From: Candidatus Thorarchaeota archaeon
Lineage (GTDB): Archaea > Asgardarchaeota > Thorarchaeia > Thorarchaeales > Thorarchaeaceae
Reading direction: 5' to 3'
NCBI GenBank assembly: GCA_048882485.1
Contig: JBHLRP010000018.1
Coordinates: 1 to 49,116, forward strand
DNA: 49,116 nucleotides
Made by a program: the position numbers and the translations under genes. Below are positions 36,032 through 45,674 of this stretch, one piece after another. The notes beneath the pieces were generated by a model. That model ran no database searches. It was not told the origin of the DNA and was given only the letters and a program-made list of their open reading frames with translations. Numbering within the stretch: position 1 is the stretch's first letter; every line of letters starts with the position of its first letter.

Positions 36032-36511
36032 ATGAATCAAGGAGCTGTCTTGAGGTTCTTTCGTGAGGACCATAGAAAACTCAGGCAGACTATTGAGAAG
36101 CTTTCGGAATCGCAGATTATCAACGACCTAGTGATGGGGGATTGGTCAGTCAAGGATATCGTTTCCCACATATCAGCATGGAACTGGGAAATCGTAAAGT
36201 CTGTAGATGAGGTTCTAGATAAGAAAGCTCCTTGGTATCTCACCAAGGGAGAGACCACGTTCAACATGGTCGAAGTGGAGAAAAGACGCCTGTGGTCGCT
36301 AAAGCAGGTCTTGGACGAGTGGGAGAAATCGTTTGATGCATTGATACATAGAATTGAGGAGATTACAGCAGAAGAATGGACCCTTGATACCGGACTACAT
36401 TGGGCGGACGGCTCAGCGGTAACAATCGAGTCGCTATTTGGCTACCGCTATAAAGGCGAGGGCCACGAGGGCGGCCATGCTTTACAGATTATGGAGCATT
36501 ATAACCTCTAG
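36032..36511 (+). CDS. DinB/ClbS/DfsB-like four-helix bundle protein
   Basis: GDWSVKDIVSHISAWN and C-terminal HEGGHALQI (His triad). Confidence 0.82.
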   Translation: MNQGAVLRFFREDHRKLRQTIEKLSESQIINDLVMGDWSVKDIVSHISAWNWEIVKSVDEVLDKKAPWYLTKGETTFNMVEVEKRRLWSLKQVLDEWEKSFDALIHRIEEITAEEWTLDTGLHWADGSAVTIESLFGYRYKGEGHEGGHALQIMEHYNL

Positions 36512-37485
36512 AGGTTGAAGCACGACCTTGCCACAGAAACATAGCTCTTCCAGTTCGCTACGAATTTTCCAAGCGTATTATACCCATAATTCACCATGGT
36601 TTCGAGACAATGCTCTGTTCCCCAAAGAATGTAGATGAAGGGTTGTCTTCCAAGTCCGAATATGACACGCTCTCCAAGTCGAGGATCAATCTCGCCGGTG
36701 TAGGCAGCGATTAGATGAGCAAGAAAGTCGACTCCCTCACTCAAGAAGATGAAATCCGCAGCGGGGTCATAAACGCGAGTTTCTTCAAAGTCAATGATTC
36801 CAGTGACAGTGTAGGATGAGGAGTCGACTAGAATGTTTGAGGTATCGAAATCCCCATGAATGAGAACTGGCTCGAAATCAAAGTTCTCGTCAGAGTCTAA
36901 GAATCCATGGAACAGTAGCTCAGTCCATTCTTTCTCAGTTTTGGACAATTGTGGGAAGACGACATCTTGAACGCGGTCAAAGACTTCCCAATACTCAGTC
37001 CTGCTTTCTTCTGGTCGATATGAGCCCTCATCACCCAATCCTAGACTATTTGCATCTATTGCATGAAGTTGGCTTAGAAACCCGCCCACTTGCCTGCCCA
37101 AGAATTGTCGCTGCTCGGTATTGGTTGTGCTATAGTACCGTGATAATGAAACGCCTTGAATCATCTTATAGGCCATAAATGGGGTGTCAGATTCTGTCTC
37201 GAAAAACTCAGGTGAGGGAATCTCAAGGGTTAGATGACCTCGAAGCCTGTCCAGGAGCCCAACTTCTCTACGGATAAGTTTCTTTTGCTCATCGAGAGGG
37301 AGTATCGTGCTCGGAAAACGGAAGAGATAGGTGTCCTCGACTAGATAGACGTTGTACGTGCCGTGATAGAAGAACTGAATCTTGGGATTCGAGATGCCAG
37401 GTAGAGCTCTCATCACGGCAGCCTGTACAACTGATTCCTCAATATCAGGAGGATTGTTCTCTTCGAACATCGAGTGTGGATTCAT
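36508..37485 (-). CDS. Aminoglycoside phosphotransferase (APH)/choline kinase-like phosphotransferase
   Basis: YLFRFP, RREVGLL, FLSQLH, LIHGDFDTSNIL (Brenner motif), GIIDFEE, DPAADF. Confidence 0.87.
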   Translation of the reverse strand: MNPHSMFEENNPPDIEESVVQAAVMRALPGISNPKIQFFYHGTYNVYLVEDTYLFRFPSTILPLDEQKKLIRREVGLLDRLRGHLTLEIPSPEFFETESDTPFMAYKMIQGVSLSRYYSTTNTEQRQFLGRQVGGFLSQLHAIDANSLGLGDEGSYRPEESRTEYWEVFDRVQDVVFPQLSKTEKEWTELLFHGFLDSDENFDFEPVLIHGDFDTSNILVDSSSYTVTGIIDFEETRVYDPAADFIFLSEGVDFLAHLIAAYTGEIDPRLGERVIFGLGRQPFIYILWGTEHCLETMVNYGYNTLGKFVANWKSYVSVARSCFNL

Positions 37486-37513
37486 TTGCGAGGATGTAAG
37501 TCTTGTCCACTCG

Positions 37514-38137
37514 CTATTTATTCCGATGCCACTCTAGGAAACGATGCCACTCCTCTTGGATTCGACTACACTCATTGTCCTGATCTAGCGCTAAGCGACG
37601 CATAATCCGTGTCACCTCAGCTTGAATGTGCGGAGCCATAGAGGTTCTTTCAGAACGATAGACTCGTCTGCTGATATTGTCTTCACACTCTGTCATTGCC
37701 TTGAGTAGATCTAGTGCATGTGCCATTTTTGATTCTGGAATCACAATATCATACTCAGTTAGACCCTTGATGACGCTTCTCCATCTATCCTCAGGGGTTT
37801 CTGCAACCTCCTCAGGCGTTGGCCTTTGAGACACCACCTTTGCGACACCGATCTGATATTCCCTTGCAGTGGCTCTATAATATCTCTGAACAATGCCAGT
37901 CGTGGTTTTTTCAGTGCGAACCTGAACAACCAATTTGGCCTTCTTCAGTCTGTCAAGGTGATGAAGTATAGTACCAGGTTTTCTGTTGAGCTCATCGGCA
38001 ATCTGCTTGACTGTCATTGGCTCTCTTCCAAGCACGCTCATTATCGCAATCCGGAGAGGATCCATCATTAGCTTGATTGTCTTCTTGTCTTTTAGGACTT
38101 CAAAGTCCTTAATTGGCGCGGCTTTTCTGGGACTCAA
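37514..38137 (-). CDS. ArsR/HTH_20-like winged-helix regulator (paralog of 27159-27803)
   Basis: DPLRIAIM...MTVKQIADELNRKPGTILHH...TTTGIVQRYYRATAREY...EEWHR. The start overlaps the upstream stop (TTGA). Confidence 0.88.
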   Translation of the reverse strand: MSPRKAAPIKDFEVLKDKKTIKLMMDPLRIAIMSVLGREPMTVKQIADELNRKPGTILHHLDRLKKAKLVVQVRTEKTTTGIVQRYYRATAREYQIGVAKVVSQRPTPEEVAETPEDRWRSVIKGLTEYDIVIPESKMAHALDLLKAMTECEDNISRRVYRSERTSMAPHIQAEVTRIMRRLALDQDNECSRIQEEWHRFLEWHRNK

Positions 38138-39057
38138 TTATTTGCCCCCCATTTTTCTGATTCATCAAATTCTTCATCTGTCACTGGGATATCGTCCTCT
38201 TCGCTTCCTAGGAGGAGATACACTCTGCTCTGAGCAATGGCCATGGCTGGAATTGCAATGAAGAGGAGAAACAGACCAGCTAGAGCAGGATAGAAACTTA
38301 GGTTGTAGATTCCAAATATCAAATACAGATGGTAAGGCCATATTAAGGGCGCAATGAGGGCGAAGAAAACCGCCAAGAAGAACAGCCAGACGCCGAAGAC
38401 TCGATCAAGATACTTCACACCCATCTTTATCGACCTTGCGACTGCCTGCCTCACAGTTAGTCCATCAATAATGCCTGGGAACATCATGGTCAGCAAACCC
38501 GAAGAGATTACAAACCAGAGTACCATGGTTGCAATCAGCAGGACCTCATCATTCCCGCTGATGTTTCCCCCCAGTGTGTTGTAAGCGTAGGCATAAACAG
38601 CTGCAAGCGGTACAATTGTGGTCATAAAGACAACAACTCCACCACCAGCTAGAGGAAAGAAGCGTCTACTATACCATGCAAATACTCCTTCAGCTGTCGT
38701 TCCTTCGCTCTCCACAATCTCTCTTGCCATTCCATAGAGAGCCCCAATTGCTACAAAGACTGGGAGTATTAATGGAACGATGATAAGGACGACCAGACCG
38801 AGGCTTTCTAGCGAGGGCCAGTTGGCAAATGCCTCAATGATGCCCACAAATACTTCAACGAGTTCTAGGAAGCCTCCTGGTGTCAGGAAGATAACCGTAG
38901 CTATGAATATGAGCAGCATTATAACTACTAGAATTAGAGTAACTATCAAGACACCGAGCATTCCTAGGAAGAAGGAAATCACGTTTTTGAACGCAAACTT
39001 GAAACTGACAGAAATGTCTTCAACCAATGCACCTAGTCCAGATCTGCTGCTTGCCAC
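38134..39057 (-). CDS. Uncharacterised multi-pass membrane protein (paralog of 27807-28739)
   Basis: EDISVSFKFAFKN, REIVESEGTTAEGVFAWYSRRFF, FPGIID, LDRVFG. Confidence 0.8.
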   Translation of the reverse strand: MASSRSGLGALVEDISVSFKFAFKNVISFFLGMLGVLIVTLILVVIMLLIFIATVIFLTPGGFLELVEVFVGIIEAFANWPSLESLGLVVLIIVPLILPVFVAIGALYGMAREIVESEGTTAEGVFAWYSRRFFPLAGGGVVVFMTTIVPLAAVYAYAYNTLGGNISGNDEVLLIATMVLWFVISSGLLTMMFPGIIDGLTVRQAVARSIKMGVKYLDRVFGVWLFFLAVFFALIAPLIWPYHLYLIFGIYNLSFYPALAGLFLLFIAIPAMAIAQSRVYLLLGSEEDDIPVTDEEFDESEKWGANN

Positions 39058-39154
39058 TAGTCCATCACCTTTCCAATGCGGCGCTTTTTATAACTAGTCT
39101 GTGGAGTCCTTTGCACCGCGAAATATGTTGTCATTCTAATCGTAATCATTTGTT

Positions 39155-40078
39155 TCACACAACTAATATTGTAAGAGCGAGTCCAATCCAATAGCTCAGT
39201 GTAATGAACACGAGGAACCATGTTCTAGACTCCGAATCATCATAATGTGTTTTCCAGAGTCTGTTGCCCAGCAAAATGAATAGGGCGAACATTGCTAGGA
39301 TGATTGGGATGCCATATGAAATTGCATCGATGAGGTTTGGCATCGAATCTCCAGTCGCAGAAACGACGCCATAAGTGATTGAAGCGTCACAAAATAGCAA
39401 CGCCCATGCCTGTGCAAAACATCCAAACACGGCCTTGCTGAAAATGGTCATTCCTGACATTAGGAAGAACATTGAGGGCACGAAGGAGTGTCGAATCGTT
39501 TTGATACCGAGAGGCGCGAGGAACATAAGTCCGAAGATGAATGAAGCTCCAAGCAGAGATGAAATGACTGTCTGAAGGAAGAAGGGATTGTCTGTGTAAG
39601 ATGCTGTTATGAAAATCCAGCTCCAAGTTTCATGATAGGTGCCCAAAGCCGAGGGAGTCGGGAACCCTCCATACCAAGGCATCGATCCCACCCATCCAGC
39701 AGTAAATGGATTCTGGAATATCACACTGGTCACTATCCTTGATGCTCCCGTGCTGCCCTGCGTGACTGGGAGCAGTATGTCCATGAAGACCTCATAGAAC
39801 TCTCCAATTGTGAAACTGACGAGGAAAAGCGCTATTGCTACGTACACAAAGAAGAGTCTGACCTTTACCTCTCTCCAAAGAGCAACATCTGATGACTCGT
39901 TTCTGAGGGATCCAATTCGTGGAGGAGTGACCAAGTATGATAGATATCTCCTCACTCTACTTCCTTTCCCTTTCCTTAGCCATGGGATGACTAGTACAAA
40001 CAGACATAGTGTGAGGAGAGGCAGGGCTAGACCTAGGAATGAAGCATGAAAGATGGGCAGCTCTAAAATGGAGATCAT
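39155..40078 (-). CDS. Uncharacterised integral membrane protein
   Basis: About 6 TMs with a Trp/Gly-rich loop (NPFTAGWVGSMPWYG...YHETWSW); start overlaps the upstream stop. Confidence 0.7.
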   Translation of the reverse strand: MISILELPIFHASFLGLALPLLTLCLFVLVIPWLRKGKGSRVRRYLSYLVTPPRIGSLRNESSDVALWREVKVRLFFVYVAIALFLVSFTIGEFYEVFMDILLPVTQGSTGASRIVTSVIFQNPFTAGWVGSMPWYGGFPTPSALGTYHETWSWIFITASYTDNPFFLQTVISSLLGASFIFGLMFLAPLGIKTIRHSFVPSMFFLMSGMTIFSKAVFGCFAQAWALLFCDASITYGVVSATGDSMPNLIDAISYGIPIILAMFALFILLGNRLWKTHYDDSESRTWFLVFITLSYWIGLALTILVV

Positions 40079-41367
40079 TCTGATTGCACCTCCTGATTAT
40101 GTGTCAATTTCCAAAACCATCTTCTGGCTCGAATTCTGAAGTACACTCCTGCAAGTAAGAGCGGGAGTGGAAGCAAGGCGAGAGTCGCCAGTGTTAGAGT
40201 AGTGGACACATCTATGTTCTGGGGAATAGTGTTCATTGCTGCAGGTATGATGAAATCGAAGAGAATAGCTGACTGCGGATAGGTTTGGTATGGTGCAACA
40301 TTCGATGTGAACACCACAACCATGTCCAGACTTGGGATGACGAAGATGTACTGTCCCTGGTATCCCTCTGCAGAGTAGACTTCCACTATATCAGTTGGGT
40401 AGGTCCACCACTGATATCCATAGCCGCTAAAATCATTGAATGTGATTTGAGTTTCAGACGATAACTCCACCCATTCTTGTGAAACAATCTGTTCTCCATC
40501 CCAAGTGCCGTTGTTGAGATAGAGGTATCCAAACTTCGCCATGTCACGAGGTAACATTTCAACTCCACCGTGGCCCCAGCTGCGACCTTGATTGTCCCAA
40601 GGCCAGAAGACGTCTGAGGACGAGATTCCGAGAGGAGTAAACAGCTTTTCAATGGCATATGCAAAGAGAGTGGTTTCCGTGGCTTCATCTACAATAGCTC
40701 CCAATAGATGTGACCCTCCAGAATTGTAGACCCATACCTCACCAGGTTCATAGGCCATCGGTAAGTCAAGGATGTGCTGAACGCTGTCAGGTGCAGCCCA
40801 AACCTGATTTAGACTGTTGAGATACGAGCTGTAGGGTTCAGTCCATTCATCCCATTCCAGTCCAGATGTCATTGTCAAGAGGTGCTCAAGGGTGATAGCT
40901 TGTTTCTGCTCATTTAGATTGGCAATAGTCCTATTCGGCAGGAGGTCAATCAAAAGATCGTCTGTACTGTCTATATAGCCCTCCTCGAGAGCTATCCCAA
41001 CCAGAGCTGAAGTAAGACTCTTCGTACATGAATGGATGATGTGTCGTGATTCGTTGTCATAGACATCGTTGGGGTATTCCTCAAAAACAAGAAACCCATT
41101 CTTGACAATTAGGATCGAGTCGATGAGAACATTGTGTTCATCAATTCGCTCCATCATTTCAGTCAACAGGTCCCCATTCATTCCCTGTTCATCAGGGGTC
41201 GAGATGCTCCAACCATCAGTTGGCCAAGGTGTGTCAGTTTGTGCTGACGGGACTCCGGCAAAAGAAGCGGCGGAGGAAGTGGGGAGAGAAACCGGAACCG
41301 TCAGCACTGGCCCCAATAGTAGTGCAACTAGGATGAGATAGAGAGGAGCCCTGTACATATTGATCAC
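40075..41367 (-). CDS. Membrane-anchored serine hydrolase, beta-lactamase class C/NylB-like family
   Basis: Signal peptide, WPTDGW..TPDEQGM, HSCTKS (SxxK), LLTMTSG, WVYNSG, MAKFGYLYLNNGTW, YGYQWW, C-terminal TM plus basic tail. Confidence 0.9.
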   Translation of the reverse strand: MINMYRAPLYLILVALLLGPVLTVPVSLPTSSAASFAGVPSAQTDTPWPTDGWSISTPDEQGMNGDLLTEMMERIDEHNVLIDSILIVKNGFLVFEEYPNDVYDNESRHIIHSCTKSLTSALVGIALEEGYIDSTDDLLIDLLPNRTIANLNEQKQAITLEHLLTMTSGLEWDEWTEPYSSYLNSLNQVWAAPDSVQHILDLPMAYEPGEVWVYNSGGSHLLGAIVDEATETTLFAYAIEKLFTPLGISSSDVFWPWDNQGRSWGHGGVEMLPRDMAKFGYLYLNNGTWDGEQIVSQEWVELSSETQITFNDFSGYGYQWWTYPTDIVEVYSAEGYQGQYIFVIPSLDMVVVFTSNVAPYQTYPQSAILFDFIIPAAMNTIPQNIDVSTTLTLATLALLPLPLLLAGVYFRIRARRWFWKLTHNQEVQSE

Positions 41368-41708
41368 TTTGTGAATGGGATTTGTCCGTCAGTTGCATTG
41401 GGCGGTCGTCCGCCAGCCATTCTGGCGCGAACATCCTCAAGATCATCTAATGGCGTGCCAAGTTCAATCAGTTCCAGAAGGGGCGTGCGAGAAGTTAATC
41501 CGGTATAGACCTTGTCGGCTAGGAAGATCTCGGCTGGCAGGACGGCCATGATAAGACCCGGGAGTATTGTGAGCGGATAGAGTAGGACAATCATTCCAAT
41601 TACTCCTAGGATTGGTGTTGCGTATGCTCGCAGAGCCTGCAGCGGTGATGAAAGGATGATTCTTGCTGCATGACGGCGCGATATCGGTTCTGCTTTGATT
41701 CTTGCCAT
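41364..41708 (-). CDS. Small membrane protein, unknown function
   Basis: 114 aa with two hydrophobic segments; its stop overlaps the start of the serine hydrolase. Confidence 0.6.
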   Translation of the reverse strand: MARIKAEPISRRHAARIILSSPLQALRAYATPILGVIGMIVLLYPLTILPGLIMAVLPAEIFLADKVYTGLTSRTPLLELIELGTPLDDLEDVRARMAGGRPPNATDGQIPFTK

Positions 41709-41734
41709 TTTATTTAACCACGCGAATATCCTAC

Positions 41735-41800
41735 GAATGTTCCGGTCGAGTTTTTCCTTCCGGAAAACCGGAACGTTCTGTTATTCTTATACGTTCCGGA
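41735..41800. promoter_or_regulatory. Cluster of (G)TTCCGG inverted repeats in a divergent promoter region
   Basis: TTCCGG-AAAA-CCGGAA (41758-41773), CCGGAACGT-N14-ACGTTCCGG (41768-41799) and GTTCCGG at 41739-41745, next to TTTACATATAAA. Confidence 0.5.
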
Positions 41801-41901
41801 TTTACATATAAACTTGTTTGTCAGAGCAGGTCGTCTTTGGAAGTTCAAGAAGGGAGTTCAGGAGTCACTGTTATAACAGAGAAATAGCCTCGACAGACAG
41901 T

Positions 41902-42552
41902 ATGCCCGCAATTGAAAATGACTACCACATTCACTCTAGCTTCTCGGATGGCAACACTTCCATTCGTGATATTGTCGAGCGGGCGTTGAAGCTGCGACTA
42001 GCAACTATTGCAATCATCGACCATTTCTGGCCGTCTTTGGGATCGACACGTGCAGGGGTTGGTCTAATCAAGGAACGGCAGGAGGCTATTGAAACAATGA
42101 GGGGGGAGTATCCGCAAATTCGGGTGCTTCAAGGGGCAGAAGTCGATATCAACTCGGATGGCACAATGGCACCGGTTGCAGGCGGATTGGATCAGTTTGA
42201 CCTCGTAATAGGGTCTGTTCACTGGGGTTCAGACTCCAGACATTGGGCTTCTGCAATCACAAAGGCTGCTGATAATGAACGATTCGAGATCTTAGGACAC
42301 TGGAACGGCTATCTATCTTCTTATCGACCAGAACATGGCATGCTGGTAGCTGATGCATTGGCTCGAAATGACATAGCTGTTGAACTGAGTGCAAGGTATG
42401 AGCTAAGGTTCGAAGACTTCCTGACAATGGCGAAGGACAAGGAATGCATGTTCACTCTTGGAAGCGATTCACATCACATTTCAGAGATTGGAAGACTTAA
42501 GGATCAGATGCAACTAGCCGATGCCTTGGAATTGACCCTCAAGAGGTTTTGA
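41902..42552 (+). CDS. PHP-domain phosphoesterase (YcdX/PolX-PHP-like)
   Basis: DYHIHSSFSDG, AIIDH, GAEVDI, GSVH, ILGH, LGSDSH. Start set at ATG 41902. Confidence 0.88.
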   Translation: MPAIENDYHIHSSFSDGNTSIRDIVERALKLRLATIAIIDHFWPSLGSTRAGVGLIKERQEAIETMRGEYPQIRVLQGAEVDINSDGTMAPVAGGLDQFDLVIGSVHWGSDSRHWASAITKAADNERFEILGHWNGYLSSYRPEHGMLVADALARNDIAVELSARYELRFEDFLTMAKDKECMFTLGSDSHHISEIGRLKDQMQLADALELTLKRF

Positions 42553-42621
42553 TTCATACAGAAGGCTTTTCTCTTACCAATGCAATGAAAGATGCAATGT
42601 CCCTAGTGGAGAATACCAGAT

Positions 42622-43044
42622 ATGGGTGATGAGAAGCTAATATTCCCCTCAGATGAATGGGTCGAGAAGTATGTGGAAGTGGTCAACTCAAGCAAGGCCT
42701 ATGAGGATGCTGCGCATGATTGGGAAGGAGACTTCATCTTTGTAGTTACAGCTGATGGTGAAACTGTAAAAGAACCAATGCGGCTCTATATCGACCTCTA
42801 TCATGGCAAATGCAGAGAAGCTAGAATGGCCGCAGATGATGACGATGCCGAGTTCACTTATGAAGGTCCTTTGAAGAACTGGAAACTCCTATTCGACAAG
42901 AAGATAGATCCCATTAAGGGCCTGATGCAGAGAAAGTTTAAGCTCGGGAAAGGCGACATGGGCAAAATCATGCGGTACACGAAGGCTGCCATGGAGCTAG
43001 TCAACGCTACAACTTTGGTGCCCACAAAATGGCCCGATGAATAG
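42622..43044 (+). CDS. SCP2 sterol/lipid-binding domain protein
   Basis: FPSDEWV...YEDAAHDWEGDF...DLYHGKCREA...WKLLFDKKIDPIKGLMQRKFKL.KGDMGKIMRY. Confidence 0.85.
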   Translation: MGDEKLIFPSDEWVEKYVEVVNSSKAYEDAAHDWEGDFIFVVTADGETVKEPMRLYIDLYHGKCREARMAADDDDAEFTYEGPLKNWKLLFDKKIDPIKGLMQRKFKLGKGDMGKIMRYTKAAMELVNATTLVPTKWPDE

Positions 43045-43055
43045 GGAAGTATTGA

Positions 43056-43253
43056 GTGGATCAATTGTCAGAGAAGGACGTCCGAAAGCACTCCTCAATG
43101 GACTACGGTCAGTATGAACCCACAGAGAGTGTGTCTAATGTCCTTGCGAGCAAGTTTCTCAGCTATGTTGCATTCTGCATTATAATTGCACTAATCACTT
43201 TCACTGCACTCATTATCTCGCGGCCACTCTTTATCACAGAGCCATTGCCTTGA
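43056..43253 (+). CDS. Small single-TM hypothetical protein
   Basis: 65 aa with a C-terminal hydrophobic helix; fills the gap between co-directional genes. Confidence 0.45.
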   Translation: MDQLSEKDVRKHSSMDYGQYEPTESVSNVLASKFLSYVAFCIIIALITFTALIISRPLFITEPLP

Positions 43254-43297
43254 ATAGATGACAGACTTAAATCGGGAGGTTTTCTCTCAGTAAGGCT

Positions 43298-44389
43298 ATG
43301 ACTTCTCTACACACTGAGCTATGTGACATTCTTGGAATCAGACATCCTATACTCCAAGGTGGAATGGGTCCTTACAAGACAGAAGACCTAGCTATAGCAG
43401 TCGCAAATGCTGGTGCCTTGGGTGTTATCAGCTGCATTGGCATGGCTGCTACTCTGTTACCGGAAGCTGCACCCATAGATGCTGTCAGAATCTTTGGATC
43501 AGACCCACCACCTATCCTTCTTCAGAAATCAATAGAAGCAGTAGCTGAAGGCACTCGAGGATCAGGAGGCGTCTTTGGGGTGAACATTCCTGTGGCCGCA
43601 GAGTTCTTGCTAGCATCTGAGATGTTTGCGAGGGGAGTTGTGGAAGCCAGAGAGGCAGATTCCGATATTGAGAGGGCATTGCGTATAGTTGTCACATCTG
43701 CAGGAAATCCAACTCCGTGGGTGCAGCTGAAAAAACAGGGACTCATCTGGGCACACGTGGTTCCATCAGTATATCACGCGAAGAAGGCAGAGAAGGCAGG
43801 TGCAGACATCATAATAGCCTCTGGGCATGAGGGAGGAGCCCATGTGTCTTGGGATCCGGTACATTCAATGGTCCTAGTTCCGGCAGTGGCAAAGGCTGTT
43901 AAGCCCCCGGTAGTTGCTGCAGGAGGATTTTGTGATGGAAGCACGCTGGCTGCATCTTTAGCTTTAGGAGCTAAGGGAATTCAGATGGGAACAAGGTTCA
44001 TCGCTACCAAAGAAAGCGACTTTGAGGACATCTGGAAGAAAGCGATTTTGGACAGGGAAGAAAGGCAGACGCTTGTGGGCAGGGGTCTATTCGGCCCAAT
44101 GCGATTTGTGCGAAACAAGAGAGCTGAGAAGATTGTAGAACAGACGCTAGAAGATGTCCCACGTTTCTATCTTGGGGAGCCTCTTGATTCCAACGAGGCG
44201 ATTCTCAAGCTAGAACGAGATGGGTTCGACAACCTAATTGATGGAAAAGAAGATACAGCTTTGATGTTTGGAGGAGAGGTGATGGGTCGGATAGAGGACA
44301 TGCCTACTGTTCAGGACCTCATCAATGAGATTGTTTCTGATGCTGTAAAGACCATCCAATCTTTGCCGGCCGAAGTAGTCAATAAGTAG
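43298..44389 (+). CDS. Nitronate monooxygenase / FabK-like flavin-dependent oxidoreductase
   Basis: LGIRHPILQGGMG, VANAGALGVI, FGVNI, GHEGGAH, VVAAGG, LGAKGIQMGTRF. Confidence 0.88.
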   Translation: MTSLHTELCDILGIRHPILQGGMGPYKTEDLAIAVANAGALGVISCIGMAATLLPEAAPIDAVRIFGSDPPPILLQKSIEAVAEGTRGSGGVFGVNIPVAAEFLLASEMFARGVVEAREADSDIERALRIVVTSAGNPTPWVQLKKQGLIWAHVVPSVYHAKKAEKAGADIIIASGHEGGAHVSWDPVHSMVLVPAVAKAVKPPVVAAGGFCDGSTLAASLALGAKGIQMGTRFIATKESDFEDIWKKAILDREERQTLVGRGLFGPMRFVRNKRAEKIVEQTLEDVPRFYLGEPLDSNEAILKLERDGFDNLIDGKEDTALMFGGEVMGRIEDMPTVQDLINEIVSDAVKTIQSLPAEVVNK

Positions 44390-44482
44390 GGCATCACACA
44401 TAAGAGGGCGTTCATAGTTTCTGTGTGCATTAAGTCTGATGGCTAGCCCATTCTTGCATCAGGGACGCAGAGGTTGAGGAAA

Positions 44483-45658
44483 ATGACTTGGGAATTCAAT
44501 ATTCCAAAAATAGTGTTTGGAGAAGACGCAATAGAAGAACTTGAGAGACTCCCAGGTAAGAATGCGTTCATTGTCACTGATAAAGTAATCAACGAGCTCG
44601 GATTAGTAGATAGGGTCACGAAAATCCTGGCTGAGAACCAGTGGAATGTCGCCGTTTGGGACTGTGCTGAACCAGATCCACGTATATCTTCAGTACAGGA
44701 TGCATCTAGCGGCATAAGGAGCTTCGAGGCGGACACGATTATCGCAATTGGTGGAGGCAGCGTCATTGATACTGCAAAAGCTGCGTGGGTTCTGTACGCC
44801 CAGCCGGACATGGATTTGACTGCTCTCTCACCCTTTGATGAGATTGGCGTGGCGGACAAAGCAAAACTTGTGTGCATTCCCACAACAGCTGGCACGGGTT
44901 CAGAGGGCACTCATTCAATTGTGATTCGGGAGGATGAAACTGGCAGAAAGTTTGCAACTGTCAATTCAGAGCTCGCCCCAGCTCTTGCCATTCTCGACCC
45001 TTTGTTCGTTAAAGACTTACCTAGGAATCTCACTGCTACAACTGGAATGGATGCGTTGACTCATGCCGTGGAAGGTTATGTATCTACTTGGAAGAACGAT
45101 ATATCTGATGGCTTTTCAATGAAGGCAGTGAAGATGGTTTTTGAGTGGCTTCCCAAGTCTGTTGAAAACCTTGATGACGTGGAGGCCAGGGAGAAAATGC
45201 TAATTGCATCCTCACTTGCTGGAATGGCCTTTGGCAATTCTCAAGTGGCGTTAGCGCACTCTCTTGGTCACAGCCTTGGCTCAGTTCTCAGGCTTCATCA
45301 TGGACTTGCAGTAGGGATGGCTCTCCCATATGTCATCGAATACACCTGCAAGGGAAATGCTGACGCGGCGCGCCACTATTCAGAGCTTGCTGGCCTGATA
45401 GGAATCACAGGCAGAAGACACTTGACTGTGGCTCGCAAATTCGCTCAGGCAATACGAGATTTCATGGGCATAATAGGAAGCCCAACAAGCCTGAAAGCGG
45501 CGAAAGTCAAGAAAAAGGATTTCAAAGCAGGAATTGACAAGCTCGTCGAGTACGCTATGATGGATGCCACCATAACAATGAATCCCAGAAACATCGACAG
45601 TGGAATCATCAGAAGGATTTACGAGTATATGTTTGAGGGAAATCCGGTTGACTTCTAA
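44483..45658 (+). CDS. Iron-containing alcohol dehydrogenase
   Basis: IVFGEDA, EPDP, GGGSVIDTAK, IPTTAGTGSE, GMDALTHAVE, AHSLGH, HHG. Confidence 0.93.
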   Translation: MTWEFNIPKIVFGEDAIEELERLPGKNAFIVTDKVINELGLVDRVTKILAENQWNVAVWDCAEPDPRISSVQDASSGIRSFEADTIIAIGGGSVIDTAKAAWVLYAQPDMDLTALSPFDEIGVADKAKLVCIPTTAGTGSEGTHSIVIREDETGRKFATVNSELAPALAILDPLFVKDLPRNLTATTGMDALTHAVEGYVSTWKNDISDGFSMKAVKMVFEWLPKSVENLDDVEAREKMLIASSLAGMAFGNSQVALAHSLGHSLGSVLRLHHGLAVGMALPYVIEYTCKGNADAARHYSELAGLIGITGRRHLTVARKFAQAIRDFMGIIGSPTSLKAAKVKKKDFKAGIDKLVEYAMMDATITMNPRNIDSGIIRRIYEYMFEGNPVDF

Positions 45659-45674
45659 AACCGAGGGGAAGAGA

